Source of the DNA: Lingula anatina
Taxonomy: Eukaryota > Animalia > Brachiopoda
Length of the DNA stretch: 64,000 nucleotides
Assembly: GCA_051362555.1 (NCBI GenBank)
Contig: CM120640.1
Location: 3,720,001 to 3,784,000 of the forward strand
Reading direction: 5' to 3'
In this document: positions 40,123-54,312 of the stretch, one piece after another
Numbering within the stretch: the first letter of the stretch is position 1
Layout of the letters: the number at the start of each line of letters is the position of its first letter
Made by a program: the position numbers and the translations under genes
Notes under the pieces: generated by a model
The model's input: the letters and a program-made list of their open reading frames with translations, nothing else
Databases searched by the model: none
What the model was told of the DNA's origin: nothing

Positions 40123-41728
40123 TGTGTGTTTTTTTTTCTAATGAAAGATATTTTTATCATTCACCTTTTTATCTTTTGGGTGCATCCGCTGTAGCCAGGA
40201 TTCTGGGGCCTAGAATTCCAACAATTCCAACACATTAAAATGCAATCAATAAATTTTCAAAAGTTTTCTGATGTCTTCTAGAGCAAAATGCATCTCACTG
40301 CTTAAAAAATTCCCATGACAAGAGTTTAAAAAGAAATGATCATTTCTACATTTTCCAGGCAATATTTTGTAAAGTTAAAATACCTTAGCTTTAGGATCCC
40401 AGCCAACAATGACACCTCGATATCCATGTATTTTATGTCGTATAACTTGTCCAACTCTATATTTCACATTTTCTTGCCTTGAAACACGCGGATGAGGGGA
40501 ACCTAAATCAAACATTACACTACTTAGCAAATTTGACAAATAGCCAGGCACCAAACAGCAAAAAACATTACAAATATTTTTTTAAATCTGTATTTTTAAA
40601 AAATCTGATTTATGAAAGGAACCCGCCTTTTTACAAAACAAAGCCATCCAGTAAACATGAAAGCAAAATGACAGTTTGGCACTCACAACAGAGACAGCAA
40701 CAACACAGATAAACATGTCAATCAGAATATATACAGGCACACAAAATGTACATAAAAAACAAGACAAAACAAAAAACTGTCAATTAATTTTGAATAAACA
40801 ATTAATATACATCATTTTCAAAAAGGTCTACAAATATGTAATGGTGTCACTTATCTAGGTTAGGCATATCAAAAACATGTGCTTGAAAACAACAATTCAC
40901 AGTGCATGGGCACGGGGATTGTACATAATTCAACAATCTTCTGTCTTTTGACAAAGGGTGTTATGAAGAGCTTTTTACAATCATACTGAAAGGGAAAATG
41001 ATAATGCCAAAGGCAAATCTAATCAATACTGCCATAATAATTCATACAAGCACATTGTTACTGCAGCTGTACCTGCGAAGTATCCATCAGGTTGATCATG
41101 TTTCATGACTTCCACTGCCGGCGACTCCCCATCTGGTGCATCTGACTCCCCATAGCTGGGTTTGGAATGAAGATGCACCTTAGATATCACATCAAAGCAC
41201 CATTTTTGCCAAGATTTCCAAGTAAAATACTTTTCATGGAAAGTCACTGCACTGTTTAAGATGCTGAAATAATGAAATAGGTGACAACTCTCCAGTTTAA
41301 ATCATGATAATATATAAATATTAATTACATTTAAAAATCATAAACAACATATGAACAGGTGGGGGGGGGAGGCTTTGAACTGCCAGTCATTCATAACTAT
41401 ACCTAGAGGTTAGTTAAGTCAACACACACTGTGACAAATGCAAAAGAAGCCAGAGAACTTTGTTAATGTTGTTGATAGTGATTAAAGCCGTCCTCAGGGG
41501 CCTCCAATAAAACCAATTAAGAAATAAAAATTAATTGGAGTCTTTATTTCCACCTCTACTACTTCAAATCATTTTCTCTTTTTTTCTTTGGTTTTGTATT
41601 GTTCATTAAACAGTGCGGCACTTGACCTCCTCCCCTCACCCTTATTAACTATACACACCATCATCATTTTGCCTTTAGAGCTTGTACATTACTTATAACA
41701 CTTAGTGCCCTCTCCACCCCCATCCCAT

Positions 41729-41770
<42 letters not shown>

Positions 41771-41897
41771 CGTACCTTCTGAGTGCCACATTCCTCTGCA
41801 CCTGATTAGAAGTCATCCATTTTGTGATCAGATACTGTGCTGGTACTGCCAGTAGAATTAGGCCAAACTGGAAGGCTGCTCTTCTATCCAGGGGCAT
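39479..41897 (-). CDS. YccV-like/HspQ domain protein with an N-terminal hydrophobic anchor, 6 coding exons
   Basis: Exons approx. 41776-41897, 41072-41264, 40384-40502, 40165-40209, 39783-39894, 39479-39574. MPLDRRAAFQFGLILLAVPAQYLI...; VKYRVGQVIRHKIHGYRGVIVGWDPKAKAPESWLQRM...MPNYAILVDTRD...TYVPQENIE...VLHPGIDEYFEGFDGAQYLPRPHLRALYPHD*. Candidate upstream UTR donors near 42399, 42797 and 43097. Confidence 0.88.
40073..40128. repeat. (TC)n(TG)n compound microsatellite
   Basis: Directly visible. Confidence 0.95.
41730..41768. repeat. (CA)n microsatellite next to a splice donor of the YccV gene
   Basis: Directly visible. Confidence 0.95.
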
Positions 41898-43795
41898 GAT
41901 TCACCTGAGAAAAGTTCATAATAGTGCAATTTATTTACCCACCACTGGCACCAGGAAACAAATAACTGCTTGGAATCCTACACAATGGAGACTTCCCAGC
42001 CCACCTAATATAATTTGAGGGTTTGAATCCAGGCTGGAAACAATCCCTGAAGTACTTTTTGCACTTAAAAGTCTTTTAATGGCAGTCTTCAATAAATGTA
42101 TGATTTCATGGCAGCATAACCAGTGATGAATCTTCCTTTATTCACAGCACTGCTGGTAGGAAAACTAGTTGGCTTTTCAGCAGTATGCAAATTGGAAGCT
42201 GAGTGGTAAGCATTGAGAGCTCCCAATGTGCAGCTGGGTTACTAGTTTGCTGTGATTTTCAAGCATAAGCACATATAGGGTATGTCAGATACCATAGATA
42301 GAAGTGCTGATACATGAAACTTTGTGCCATAATACCGGGGTATCTCTTGCCAAATTGTGCCTAATATGTGATCTCAAATTTGATTTAACTTTAACTTACC
42401 TGTTTTGACAACTGATGTACATGTACATACAACAAAGAATGTTTCAAACAAAACACTGTTACTTAGTAATTTACACATGTCACTTACATGTATGCTCACA
42501 ACAGTATCTTAAAAAAACTGATTATAATAAATTATAATAAATAATTTATAATAATAAAATTATAATAAATTATGATACATGTACTTTAACTTCAAACACA
42601 TGTAAAACCAGTAGTACACAGTCACAGAGTCAGATTGGCATCAGCACATTTTAAATTTCAGTTTGGCATGTCCTAATTTTTTATGTATGGGCGTGTATGA
42701 GAAACAAGGTCTCTGCACTTTGTTAGCATGTCATAATTTGTGTATGAAGATGTATCAAGGCAATATCGATTTGGGAACAAAAACCAGTTACTTTTACCTC
42801 ATTTTGTCTTTTGGACCCTGTCTGTGCTCCATGTATTAACCGTTGGTTGGATAATATGGCAAAGTAAGACCTCTTCTAAAGTTGCCTCAATGTGAAGAGT
42901 TTCTCTGACTGACATTTAATTTGGAAAGTATGGAGCAAATGAAGGCGTTGCAGTCACACTGAGCAAGAGATTGGAAAGGCCTTCGAAGCCGAAGGCTTAG
43001 TATTGTCTAGTATAACTTAGACACTTAACTTAGTGATTATTTTCAACTCTGATATATTTTTGTCTATATCGAAAATATTATGAGTTCTCCAACTCACCTT
43101 TATCAGACTGAAATATGCACAGTCCTGATTTCTCCTTCCATTAGGATATATCCGACGGTTAACACACAACAAATCAAAATAGTCCACGACTCCGTTCTCT
43201 GTTGTATCGCAAAGGAGTACTTCATTTGCTTTTGCGACAAGAAAATACTGCGTAAGTGTTTAAAAGGTTCGACATTACCTATATTCAAGACTAAAATAAT
43301 TGAAACTGTCCAATTTGATTAATTATGTACCTTTTCACCAATTGTTATCAAAACTAAGATAGCATTTCAATTTGAAGTGTCGTATTTGCGCCCTACTTCC
43401 TTCTTGTCGAAAAGAGTCAGCGAGGTGTTTAGCAGACGAACAATGGCCTGTTGTGGTTCAATCTGCGGACAACAAACCAGATGTCATTCTTATTCACGCC
43501 TTTAAAACACGAAAAGGACGGGTGTGAGAGTAATAGGCATTTGTTATTTGTGTTCCTTCCTCCTTCATTTTGTCTCACAAGTTGACGTCGTTGGCCATTA
43601 GGGGTCTATAGTCTGATAAGTGTTGAAAAAATTTTGAAAAGGCAGTGATGTATTCGTTAATATTATTCTCTACCTGGGTATTTCTGCTCGGCATAGCTAA
43701 CCTTTACTTGTTTCAAACTATACAGTTATTTGTGTACAAATGCACGTGCGTGCCAACGTCTCAGTCTAAAAAAAAACAAACTCGTAATTTGCTTT

Positions 43796-43815
43796 TAATA
43801 ATAATAATAATAATA

Positions 43816-43881
<66 letters not shown>
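43796..43881. repeat. (ATA)n(ATT)n self-complementary microsatellite
   Basis: Directly visible; it generates the spurious poly-Ile ORF. Confidence 0.95.
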
Positions 43882-43883
<2 letters not shown>

Positions 43884-45577
43884 TTTATTTATTTATTTAT
43901 TGAGCTCTAAAATATGTTGCAAGAATAAAGTAATTTTTTTCTTCAGTCAAGAGCTAAATATTATACTGAAATAGTGTAACCCCAATATTTCGATGTCTAA
44001 CAGAGGATCTTCATCTCTGGACTTATTTACTCATTCACAGAAATTCTGTGAGCTTGAGTGGGGTAAGTGGGTATTATATTTATTTATTTATTTATTTATA
44101 TTTTTGCAAGGTTCCCGTTTTTTATCTAGAATATATTTTAATTCATTTTATCTATTTTTTTTTTATCTTATGCCCATCATTAAGTAACCAACCGGCATAA
44201 ACACTACGGCACCAGTTACAAAGACAGCAGGATGAAACTTTTACGTAACTACGAGTATAAACCAAATGCCAGTGTCTGGTAGGGTAGTTGACATATGTCA
44301 CTTCTCATTGAGATTTCATTCTTATATTGACATACCCCAAGTAATCCACCTCTTAATCCAACGCAAGATAAAGGAGAGTTTTATTATTAATGTGACTACG
44401 GATAATTAATTATCCCTGTGCACACTTGAATGCTGTTTATACTGGTGCAATGTATAAGAAATGAGGCACATTTACTACTTATTAAGCAGGCCTACGTACG
44501 TGACACTCATTAGACTCAGAATAAGTGTGACAAGGACATTATTTTAATTGTCCTAATTTTAACGTAAAACATGCGGTGGAACAGATGTCCCCTCCTACTT
44601 AATTCAAGTACCAATAGTGTCGATATTGATCGTGGATTAAGGTATACAATCTGCTTTAAATGTTAATCAGGGTTTATTTCATTAGTTTGTGGAAAATATT
44701 TCACGGAAAAATTTCTTTCATGAGTTACAAGTTTTTATATTTCTTGGAAACATTTTCTAAAATTTAGAAAAGGCGATTTTAAAATGAAGCGTCAGCGGTC
44801 TCCTTTTATGTTTGTCACGTCCTTTCATCTAGCCTATTCCCTTTTTATCGTGTTCTTTAAAGTCCACTTTCTTTTATACATCCCAATCTTTGTGTCCCTT
44901 TAATCCGTTTTAATTAAGGCAGCCAATTTGTATGAGGCAGCGGACAGTTGAAGCAACCTCTCTTTCATTAAACAAATCTGAGGGTTCATTTTTGAATTAC
45001 CTTGAACTATCAAAGACACTTCAAAGACCCACTGCGCGTCACCGCCTTTTTGGTGTTTTCCTTGAACCATTGTTCAATTACTAATCGATATCCTAATCGT
45101 ATTTCTGAGTGTGGCACGCGGCATCTGCCCCCCTCACTTTATACCTGAACACCAGATGTCAATACTGAGAGTGTGGCAGGTGTCAGCAGGTCACGTGACC
45201 ATAGCAGATGCTGCCGCTGGTTATCTTAAAGCGGGGGACTCTTTGTAAGCATCTTAATTCATCCAGTCGAGGGACGGCTGACGTGATTTTGGAGAGGCCT
45301 TCGTGTCACCAGTGCCGTTATAAAATATGTGTCGCGTTGCTGAACGTTTATAAGTTTAGTTGAAACAATGGGAACATGGCATCTCAATTTTTCACATCAT
45401 AAATTTAACTGCCCCGCGGCTGAAGCCTGGATTATAAGCATATACAGCTTCGGTTCATTTCAAGAACGCCACTAGCAATTCGAAGTTTGTCAACGACGCA
45501 CAAGGAATCCTAACTGAGCTCCAGATCAACGTTATTTGCCGGAATACTATGTGTTAAAAAAGACAGATAACATTAGC

Positions 45578-48500
45578 ATGGAGTTCTTGCTTAGGCTCTT
45601 GTCATTTCTCTGCGTGTATACATTTTCTAAAGGAATTGAAGGTAAGGATTTAGTATGTCATGTTTTTGTACATAACGATAACAGATAATTATGAAATATT
45701 TTTCCTCCAAATCGAATCGCGTGGGAACCTGCTATAAGTAGGTGCGCCACTGTGTGACAGCATTTAAAAACATGTGAAACACTTTCACGCCGAGTGCTCT
45801 GGTTAAATCACTGGTGCGCGGAGTTCAGTTCACACTCACCAGATTCAACATTGAAGTTACACAGTCAAGTGAACTGCATGCTGAGCTGGCGAGAATGAAC
45901 GTGGCACGAAAACTCACACAAAGGTCCTATATATCATGGGATCCAATTATAAAAGATAACCGAGCATTATGATAGAAAATGTAAGCGGGAAACACATTCT
46001 GGATCATATTCATCTTTGTAAAATTTTGATATAATTCACGTGTTAAACAAGGCTTCTTAAACACCACAATATGATTCATCGGCATTAATAGCAGTCCGTG
46101 TTTTAATTACATTGTCATTTTCTCAGGCAAAATATTGTTCACAGGGTAACTGTCGCTGCAGGCTTTTCTATGTGCTACGACCTTTGGCTTTCAACTGTTT
46201 ATCACACTACGTTCCCACGACTGTGATGATCCGGCTGCTTTTTATGCACTCTATAAAAATGCAAGTCGTGGTCGCCGATTGAAAGGTGACTTTGTACAAA
46301 CTTGTTACGCGAAAAACTGCCCACACTCGAAACTACTTCATCTGGGGTTTTTAGTTTGAACGAGTGGCCATTATCATTAATTTTCATTTTTAATGACCTT
46401 ATTCTCAATTTTTTGTAAGACTTGCAAGTCATGAAAGCTCATCACGGAATGACTAATATGCTGCATAACAGCGTCAAACCGAGAGAATGAGACTCGAATC
46501 ATGTGTAATTATATAATCGGTCTAGGAATAAATGCGTGACAAATATGAATAGTGCATGCGGCTTGTCTTATGAATGCCTGGATTAATATGTTACAGATAT
46601 TATTATGATCACACTATTTATGAAAAATGTTTGTTAGCTTAACGTCGTCCTGATTAAACAACACCGTTTAAATGCAAGCGCGCGCAGATGCAGGGCCGCT
46701 GTACAGGTGGTAGATAAAGTCTTCGGTAGCTCAGCATTATAGTAATTATGCGTATCGGTTTTTGTATAGACAGGTGCACCGTGCTGTGCTTAATGCGATA
46801 GAGAGGTAGGACGACCATCTCACTACACCTGTCGATATAGGGAAATGTCTTCATCAAACAGTAATAGATCACATTATTTTGACACCTTTTTATTGATGTT
46901 ATAAGATTTTCCACACTAGCATTTGTAAAAGCCGTATTTTACAGATTAGCAGTAACATGATAAGGCATAATCCGCCTATCCGTATCACTAGTATGCCTCA
47001 AAGATAACAGAAAATAAAATATTCCACGAGGGCTTGATCTTTTTTTACCAGTTTCTTATTTTTGTAGTTTCTCACGGTCAAAAAAATTACAAAGTCAAAA
47101 AAAAAAAAAAATACAAAGTAGTACGAGCGCTCACTGTGACAATTCAAGTCCCTCAGGGCTCTAATTTTCTCACTTAACAATTTTTTATTCTTATGGTGAA
47201 CTGCTGTGTCCCCCGTTTGAATTAGATACTTATGTTGTCTGCATAAACAACCGCCAGTCATTTTGTATGTAATTTGTTCCAGCAAGCCAGACTAGCTACG
47301 TGTGCTTTAAGGAAGGAGACAGCGTTCCACAGCAGACAGATATCCACTGCCCCGAGGGTCAGAGAATCCGCGTGCTCGATGCAATTTACGGGGTGAACCC
47401 CTGGGACGCCTGTTACTTCCTGGAGGGGGACTGCACCGTCCAGACCACGGACGCTGACCACTGCTGTAACCAAAACTCGTGCACCGTGACGGGACGCCAG
47501 TCTTACCTCACCAGTTGTGGGGGACAAAAGAGCTTTCTTAGGATTGTATACGAGTGCGTGAGAGGTACGTATTAATTAATTAAATTATTTATTGAACGAG
47601 CGGGGGTACTTTAAAATTTTTTATTTTTATGGCGAATTATTTATTTATTTATTTATTGTAAATATTTTTTCCTCTCTAAATCACAAGGTTCTTGTTTCCA
47701 TTTTGCACTGTTTGATCCAGGATATGAAGAAAGATGGGGTGGTGAAAAAATATTAGAAGCATAAAGCAATACGCTCGGGCTCAGATGACTGCAGTAGTTT
47801 ACTGTTCATGTTATTTGCGTTATTTTATTTATTTATTTATTTATTTATTTATTATTATTATTTTTTGATAAAATGATGAACAATATTAAATACATTGGAA
47901 AGCCTTATGTTATCACTGCTGCTAACATTTGTCTTTTCCCTTCCAGAGCATGTTACCTGTCCTGGTGACAGTCCCAGTAGCCACCCTGACGTGCTGACAA
48001 GGACTCTGTCCATCAATATTCCCGTCAGCACCACCACAGCGCCTCCGCCCTCGTCTCCCGCCATAGACACCTCCACTGTGAAAAGGTACTGGAAAACGTG
48101 GAACGGCAACGAGGCTCAGTCTAAAGCCACTAACACCCCAGATGGTATGTTATAAATAATAATGATAATATTGCAATAAATGTTTGGTTTCATAGTCTCT
48201 GCAACTATCTGTCTAACTACAATGTGGATAATAAAATAGTAGTATTGCTTAATGTAAAGATGCAAGAAAACCATCCCTCCCCTCGGAGGAAGTGAGAAAA
48301 TGAGAGAGGGAGAGACAAAAGCTATATAGGCCTACTATGAACTAATCTCATTTAAACATGTCACGCTACAGCCCGCCCTTAAAGGCTGTATAACTGTCCA
48401 GAGGCCACCAAAATACAAAATATATAAAAAGTGAACCTGCACGCGTTGAGTTGTTGGTCAACACGGAACTATCCCACATTTTCAGTTTTTGCGCGGTATT

Positions 48501-49308
48501 AAAAATTGGTTAATTTTCAATATTGTGAAATAGATATTTGGTGCCGTTTTCTTATATTTTTTCGTTATAATTACAGACATTTTGCTATGGGCCTGTGTTG
48601 GAGCTGGTATAGTAGCAGTGTTATTGGCAATTGCAGTAGTTGTCGTCTGCATAAGGAAGAGGTGAGTTATCCACGTTAAGTTATTCTGCACTGTGGAAAG
48701 GAGTTGTAAAAATTAGCATAAATTGTTCGTTATTTTTCATCTTTTGTCTTATTGCATTCATGAAGATTTCAATATAGACAATATTGCATCTCACAATTTA
48801 CCTAAGTAATCTACATATCAGTGAAAACGTTTTGAATCTTTCCAGGCAACTGCAGGACACGAAGTCGAATCTCCTCAAACCTAACGGCTCTCCAGTGTCT
48901 TCCAATGGCTCATCGCCGGAGAGACCCGAATTACAGACCCGATACGGTCCAGACGGGGATTCACAAGCATTTGAAAACTTTGTATGTAATAAAGATTCAG
49001 GACTAGACGTCAGTAATGACGTAGCTGTGACAATCTCAGATTCCCCTTTGGACAATGTTGGCGAGGACGTGACACAAGCGGTGTCACATTCACGAGACGC
49101 GCGGGACACGTCACTGGAACGTAGAAATAGAGGGGCTGCAGAAGAATACAGAGATACGGTCTGCTACACAGAGAGTGAAACCACGACGAATGGGGTCTCC
49201 GTGGAAGACACGTCTACGGAACTCTTACAGAATTATGACAATCAAAATAAAAACCATTCCTACAGTGTGCAGGATCCACACAGTGACCAGGATAATAGTT
49301 CCTCGTAA
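45578..49308 (+). CDS. Type I membrane protein with a divergent SUEL/Gal_lectin-like domain and short Ser/Thr/Pro stalk (receptor A), 5 exons
   Basis: Exons approx. 45578-45641, 47283-47563, 47947-48144, 48576-48661, 48846-49308. Signal MEFLLRLLSFLCVYTFSKG; VCF...IHCPEGQRIRVLDAIYG...C...DC...CCNQNSCTV...C...FLRIVYECVR; TM ILLWACVGAGIVAVLLAIAVVVVCIRKR; disordered acidic tail. Confidence 0.85.
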
Positions 49309-51595
49309 ATGATGTCCAAGGAGGTTTTATCTCAATGAAACTTCGTCGTTTAGCACAAGTTCTCACCATGCATCATTTTAATCATAACGCCCTAGCACAA
49401 AGTGTGATTTCTGAGTATTAATGATATGACAGTGACATATGGAGGGTGAAAAACTCATTGGGCAGCTGGACCTTTTTTTTGTGTACATATATATATTGAA
49501 TTGTAAATAATTAATTATTTATTATGCACTTTGTCTCGCTTAGCGAAAGGGTATTCTTTTCGGATTTTAATTGTAAAAATTGTCTATATTAGAGGACATT
49601 GTCTCTTATGCTTTAAATCTCTTGTTTATTTTTAAAATCACATAAATACTTTCCTGTTATCCTGGATTAATGTTTGTGATGTTATGCAAATAAAGTCCCG
49701 TGGTAAGTTAACGCTGAGTTCTGAGTACATGAGTGGGAGAACACCCCAATTTTATTCAAAATAAATGATATCGGCATCCTTTTAGCTACCCCGAGATCAC
49801 ATTTTGAAAAACATTGAATACATTACAAGATCCACAAACGGTCCATTTTAGATCCTTGATGTTTTGTTTTTTTGTTCATGTTCAGGTACCGAATAGACCT
49901 ATATTCGTGTGCGTTTTAGACATTCACACAAATAGTCGCTTCACAAGGTTTCACTTACTTGGGCTTTCATAAAATGTCATTTTTAATACTAAATCCATTA
50001 GTCGTAAATTACCAGTGACTAGAAGTGGGTTAAGGCTAACCAGAGTTACACTAAAGCGTCTTATCGGGCGTCTTCTTGATGACGCTGGAGTTGAAGCGAC
50101 TGAAGGCAACCCAGGAGAGGTTTAAAATTTTCAAAATCGTCTGATTTCTGACGTTTGTTTTAACGTTAACGCGGGTAAATTAAAAGCGATAGGCCTATAT
50201 ACTTCGATTCACTTGTCATTAGGTTATATTGGCCCTTAAATATGGGTCAAATGACGGGGCCACAATGATAGCGTGACCCGCAATACTTTGTTCAATCCAT
50301 GACAGATAAATAGATGTACGGCCCCCAAGTATCATGCTGATCTTTGGGTGACACAGATTTTATGCAGCGCACGAAAAGCAGAGAAAACCAACAGGTTTAA
50401 TAGTACACCGAAATGAGACTGGCACTATACATTATGTATAATATGCAGGCTATTAGACTGAGGAATTAACTGAGGAGAAAGAGATACACGTTCCACAAGG
50501 TGATATTCAACTCATCTATATTTTGAATTCCTTGTTGTAAAACAGAGAGCATCTTGTTATTGAGTTCTTGCTACGGAGTTTCCGTGGATGTACAGATAGG
50601 CTGTTGTTTAATGCTGGTGCAGCTTTGGTTAACACATGGTCTAACCAGCTTATATCCCCGTGCTAGAAACATAGCAAAGTGATGCTGGTCCATGTAAAAG
50701 GTAAATATAGACTTATCTGTAATATTGTTGCTTATTCATATAATCATTGTATGCTTTGTGTAAACCTTGAACCCATCATACATAATAAGTTGTACACTTG
50801 GGTCTAAGGCACATGTAGTCCTTTTGCAATGGGTTTGATCTGTGCAGAACACGGGGTCTACCTTTATTGCATTAGGGCATCTTCCTGCACGCGCCCCCCC
50901 CCCCCTTTTTTTTTTTTTGGGGGGGGGGTGTACCACTTTCAAAGAAGTTCCCTGTGAGGCACGTGCCTTGTCCAACGTTATCTGACCAATAAGCTAGGCA
51001 GAGAGTGTTACTTTTAAAGAAAACTGAAAGATTATACTGGAAATGAAATGAAGGTATTTAATCTTATAGACATTTTAACATTCACAGTAGGAATACGGTA
51101 TTAGCCTGCCAGAGAGGGAGACATTGAAAATTATGCAGACTTATATATTGATACGTGCATTAGGGTTGGGTATTCTCTCTCAGAGAAGGATGTATATGAA
51201 AAAAATTGCTTCCAAAACCCAAAGGATAATGATTGATATAATCACTCAGCTTATGGAGTTTTTAAAACTCTTCCAAGCAACATTAGACTTTGAATTTTTA
51301 GAGGAAGAAAACGATTTTTAAAAAGCTTTTATCCAACTGTCACATCTCTTTTCAACAGTAGAACACATTATTTAAATCAAAGACCTTCAATTTGTTTTTA
51401 CATTTCTAGCCATTTTTTACCTTTTCACCTTTTATTGAACCTGAGATGGTGACATTATTTCCGATTTATACGTATTTTATAATAAATATACAACAGCTGA
51501 ATAAACCTTTATAATCATGTGTATGTAGCTCATTGATCAGGCAACATTCATGAAGAATAAATATTTTTTTCATTTTTGATCATTTTATTATTTAG

Positions 51596-54312
51596 AAGCT
51601 GTCTCAGAGATGAGTTCGCATGCCCCCCAAAATGTCGCAAATATGTCGTCCTCCATACAAGCAGTTACATTACAGAGACCAGTTTTTACAGGTGAGAGGT
51701 TTTCACCGTCGCTTGGTTTTAATTGTTTTTAATACCTTGGGATATTCATGTCAATATGAATCAGTGCATGAAGATATACAGCTAGTATAAATCATTTAGC
51801 ACATCATTGAAACTGTATTTAAAAAAAGTGGTTATCGTGGTAATATTCCAACATCAACTACATGTATGCATGTCAAATAATGCTGTGTAGCTTAAACTCA
51901 CTTCGTGAATGTATTTCTTTTTGTTATATACAAAACTGTCATTCATTGTAAGCTGTACTACAGTGGCAGATTTAGAGGGGGGTCAGGGGGCCGGGGGTCG
52001 CCTTGGCATCCACGGACCCCCTTCAAATAATTCTGGACCCGCCCCTGTACTATGTATACATTTATATTTTATCACGCATCAAACCAGGCCCATTGCCAGC
52101 GATTTTAAAAGAAATGTTCTTTTTCTGAAAAAGTGGACCTTTTACTATGAAACCCACGTGAACGTAGATAAAATTTTACCGAGAGGGGACCTTTTCCCAG
52201 CAAAAAAGGGGGTTCTTTCGCACTCCGACCCCCCCACCCCCCCCCCACCCCACCCCACCCCTCTGCAAGCTAAACAATTTTCATGAACATTGTACTTGCT
52301 TGCAGCCGCATTTGTAACGTCATAAATTAGGAGAAAATTACATTTCCTGAATATGCTGCAGCTTGTATATGGATAGCTACTTATAGCGCTCAGCCCGAAT
52401 AGATTGCATCTCATCGAAATGAAAGCACGATTAAAAAAATTTGCTTTTAAATGCACTGAGTTTGTGTGAAAGGAAGGCTTTTATGCTGACTTGATGTGAT
52501 GGTGGTTGCATACTGTGATCGCGGTCCCCTTTTTAAAAACAAATGTCGGGGAAATAAAAAGAGTGGTAATAATATCAACGAAATTAAAACAAAAATGTAC
52601 GTGTAATAATGCTTAAAATGATGTGGATCATCTCTTCTTCGTTTAAAGAACAATGACGGCCTCACTCAGATGGCCCACGGTACATGTGGTAGAGAGTACA
52701 TTCGCCAGTGGTCGGTAGATACAATAATGCAGTCGCACAGAGACGCCAGTTTAGATCTTGAACATTTGTTTGCCTTTATTGAGCACTTCCAAATATCTGC
52801 TCTTTTTTTTTTCAGGTGATTGTAGGGATTTTTTTCTTCACATGTGCCCCACATGGACTTCGAGTGGAGACTGCCAAGCCAAGTTACGGTTTATGCTTGA
52901 GTTTTGCCCAAAATCTTGCGAGTTCTGTATTCCCAGTTTTGCAGGTGAGTAAGAAGCTCTTTATTGCATTTAAATATTATTTTCTTGCATAACACGGGTT
53001 CTGAATAATAAGAAGAGAAGGCATGATGATATGATTTGAGGATAATTTAAAGGTGTATGTCTAATGTCGAGTCAAACCGAAAATTAGATCACACTAGAGC
53101 AAGAGGTCTTTTTGATGTGCATTGCGTATTATCGACATTTATAATAACATGAGATTTTATTTCAAACTTTTTTACCTAAATTTGGTGATCTTCCCCTTGT
53201 AGATATCTACCTAGAAGACTGGAAGAGTTTGATGGTATTGGTGACTTTGTTAGCCATCTTGCTCCTCGGAACTACCGTGTTAATCATATATTCCATCAAG
53301 TCTTCCAAATGGTAACTATGCAATTTTTAAACTGAAATTAATTCTTAATTAAAAGAAAATTAAATTGGTTTTTATGTAAATACATTAAAAACAAAATTGA
53401 AACTCCGTTGCTATCTAAGCAAAACCCTTATTCCAGTAATTGCTAGTGTTAAATACAAGTTGGTGAAAATTGGTTACGGCATCATGTATTATAAACCAAG
53501 TGAAAAACAAGTAAATACAATGCACGTAAAATAATCGTAACTTTGTCGAAGGAATATGGATTACTTGAACTGTGCATGGAAAGATGCGATGGAAGTTTGA
53601 ACACGATATCAATGAATAGCAGTTGAACACATGTTAAAGTCAACTCATTAAAGTGAATATCTTAATTCATCTAGTTGTGGTTTGAAAAATGGCATAATTT
53701 TCAATGTAAGACAAATACCAATTTAAAAAAGTCATTTCCCATTGATTTAAATGAGCACTAGTGCGACACGCAGGCTATTTTTGTCCTTTGCCCAAGTTCT
53801 CATATAGGCCTATATACTGTAGAATGTTCGATAATCCCCTATTTTCATACACATATGATATCTAATCTATGTAAATATCTCTTAACATACACGCAACCAT
53901 ACACTTATCCACATACACCAAAAAGAGATCCTTACGATCTACTTTGATATCTCCTCTGAAACTTTTATCAAAAATTTGTAAACAACTGTTTTATCAGTTG
54001 ATATCTTGTCCAGTAAAACAAACTGTCAAATGGACGCTGATGAAAACATTCGTTGGCAAAGTTAATTAAGTAGGCTAAAGAGATGATGTATTTATCGTGT
54101 TGTTGTTCATTTATGTTATGAACTATTTATGACTCGCTGGAGGATACTTGAAGCATGATCCGCACGTGATATCAAAACATTTTGTATTATGACAAATGTG
54201 GCGGATTTGTATTAACGATAGCTTCTCCTTGAACCTTTTCAGTTTATTCAAAAAGATGGTATGGAAGATATTGGATCTGGGAAGATCGCCACGGATAATT
54301 GAAAAAAAATGA
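51596..54312 (+). CDS. Small single-pass membrane protein with one ShKT domain; 5' end unresolved
   Basis: Exons approx. 51596-51691, 52816-52944, 53202-53311, 54243-54312 join in frame. CRDFFLHMCPTWTSSGDCQAKLRFMLEFCPKSCEFC fits the 6-Cys ShKT pattern. TM LMVLVTLLAILLLGTTVLIIYSI. Possible upstream exons end at 50700 or ~51169. Confidence 0.75.
51961..52047. mobile_element. Short TIR element, CAGTGGCAGAT ... GACCCGCCCCTG
   Basis: Imperfect inverted ends; TACTA occurs on both flanks. Confidence 0.6.

Noticed and set aside
39479-41897. Bacterial contamination or recent horizontal transfer of hspQ
   Set aside because: The gene has multiple canonical spliceosomal introns and host-like composition.
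43645-43974. 109-aa poly-Ile ORF
   Set aside because: It is a translation of the (ATA)/(ATT) microsatellite.
51909-52286. 125-aa ORF
   Set aside because: It is intronic, spans a short TIR element and poly-C tracts, and shows no domain signal.
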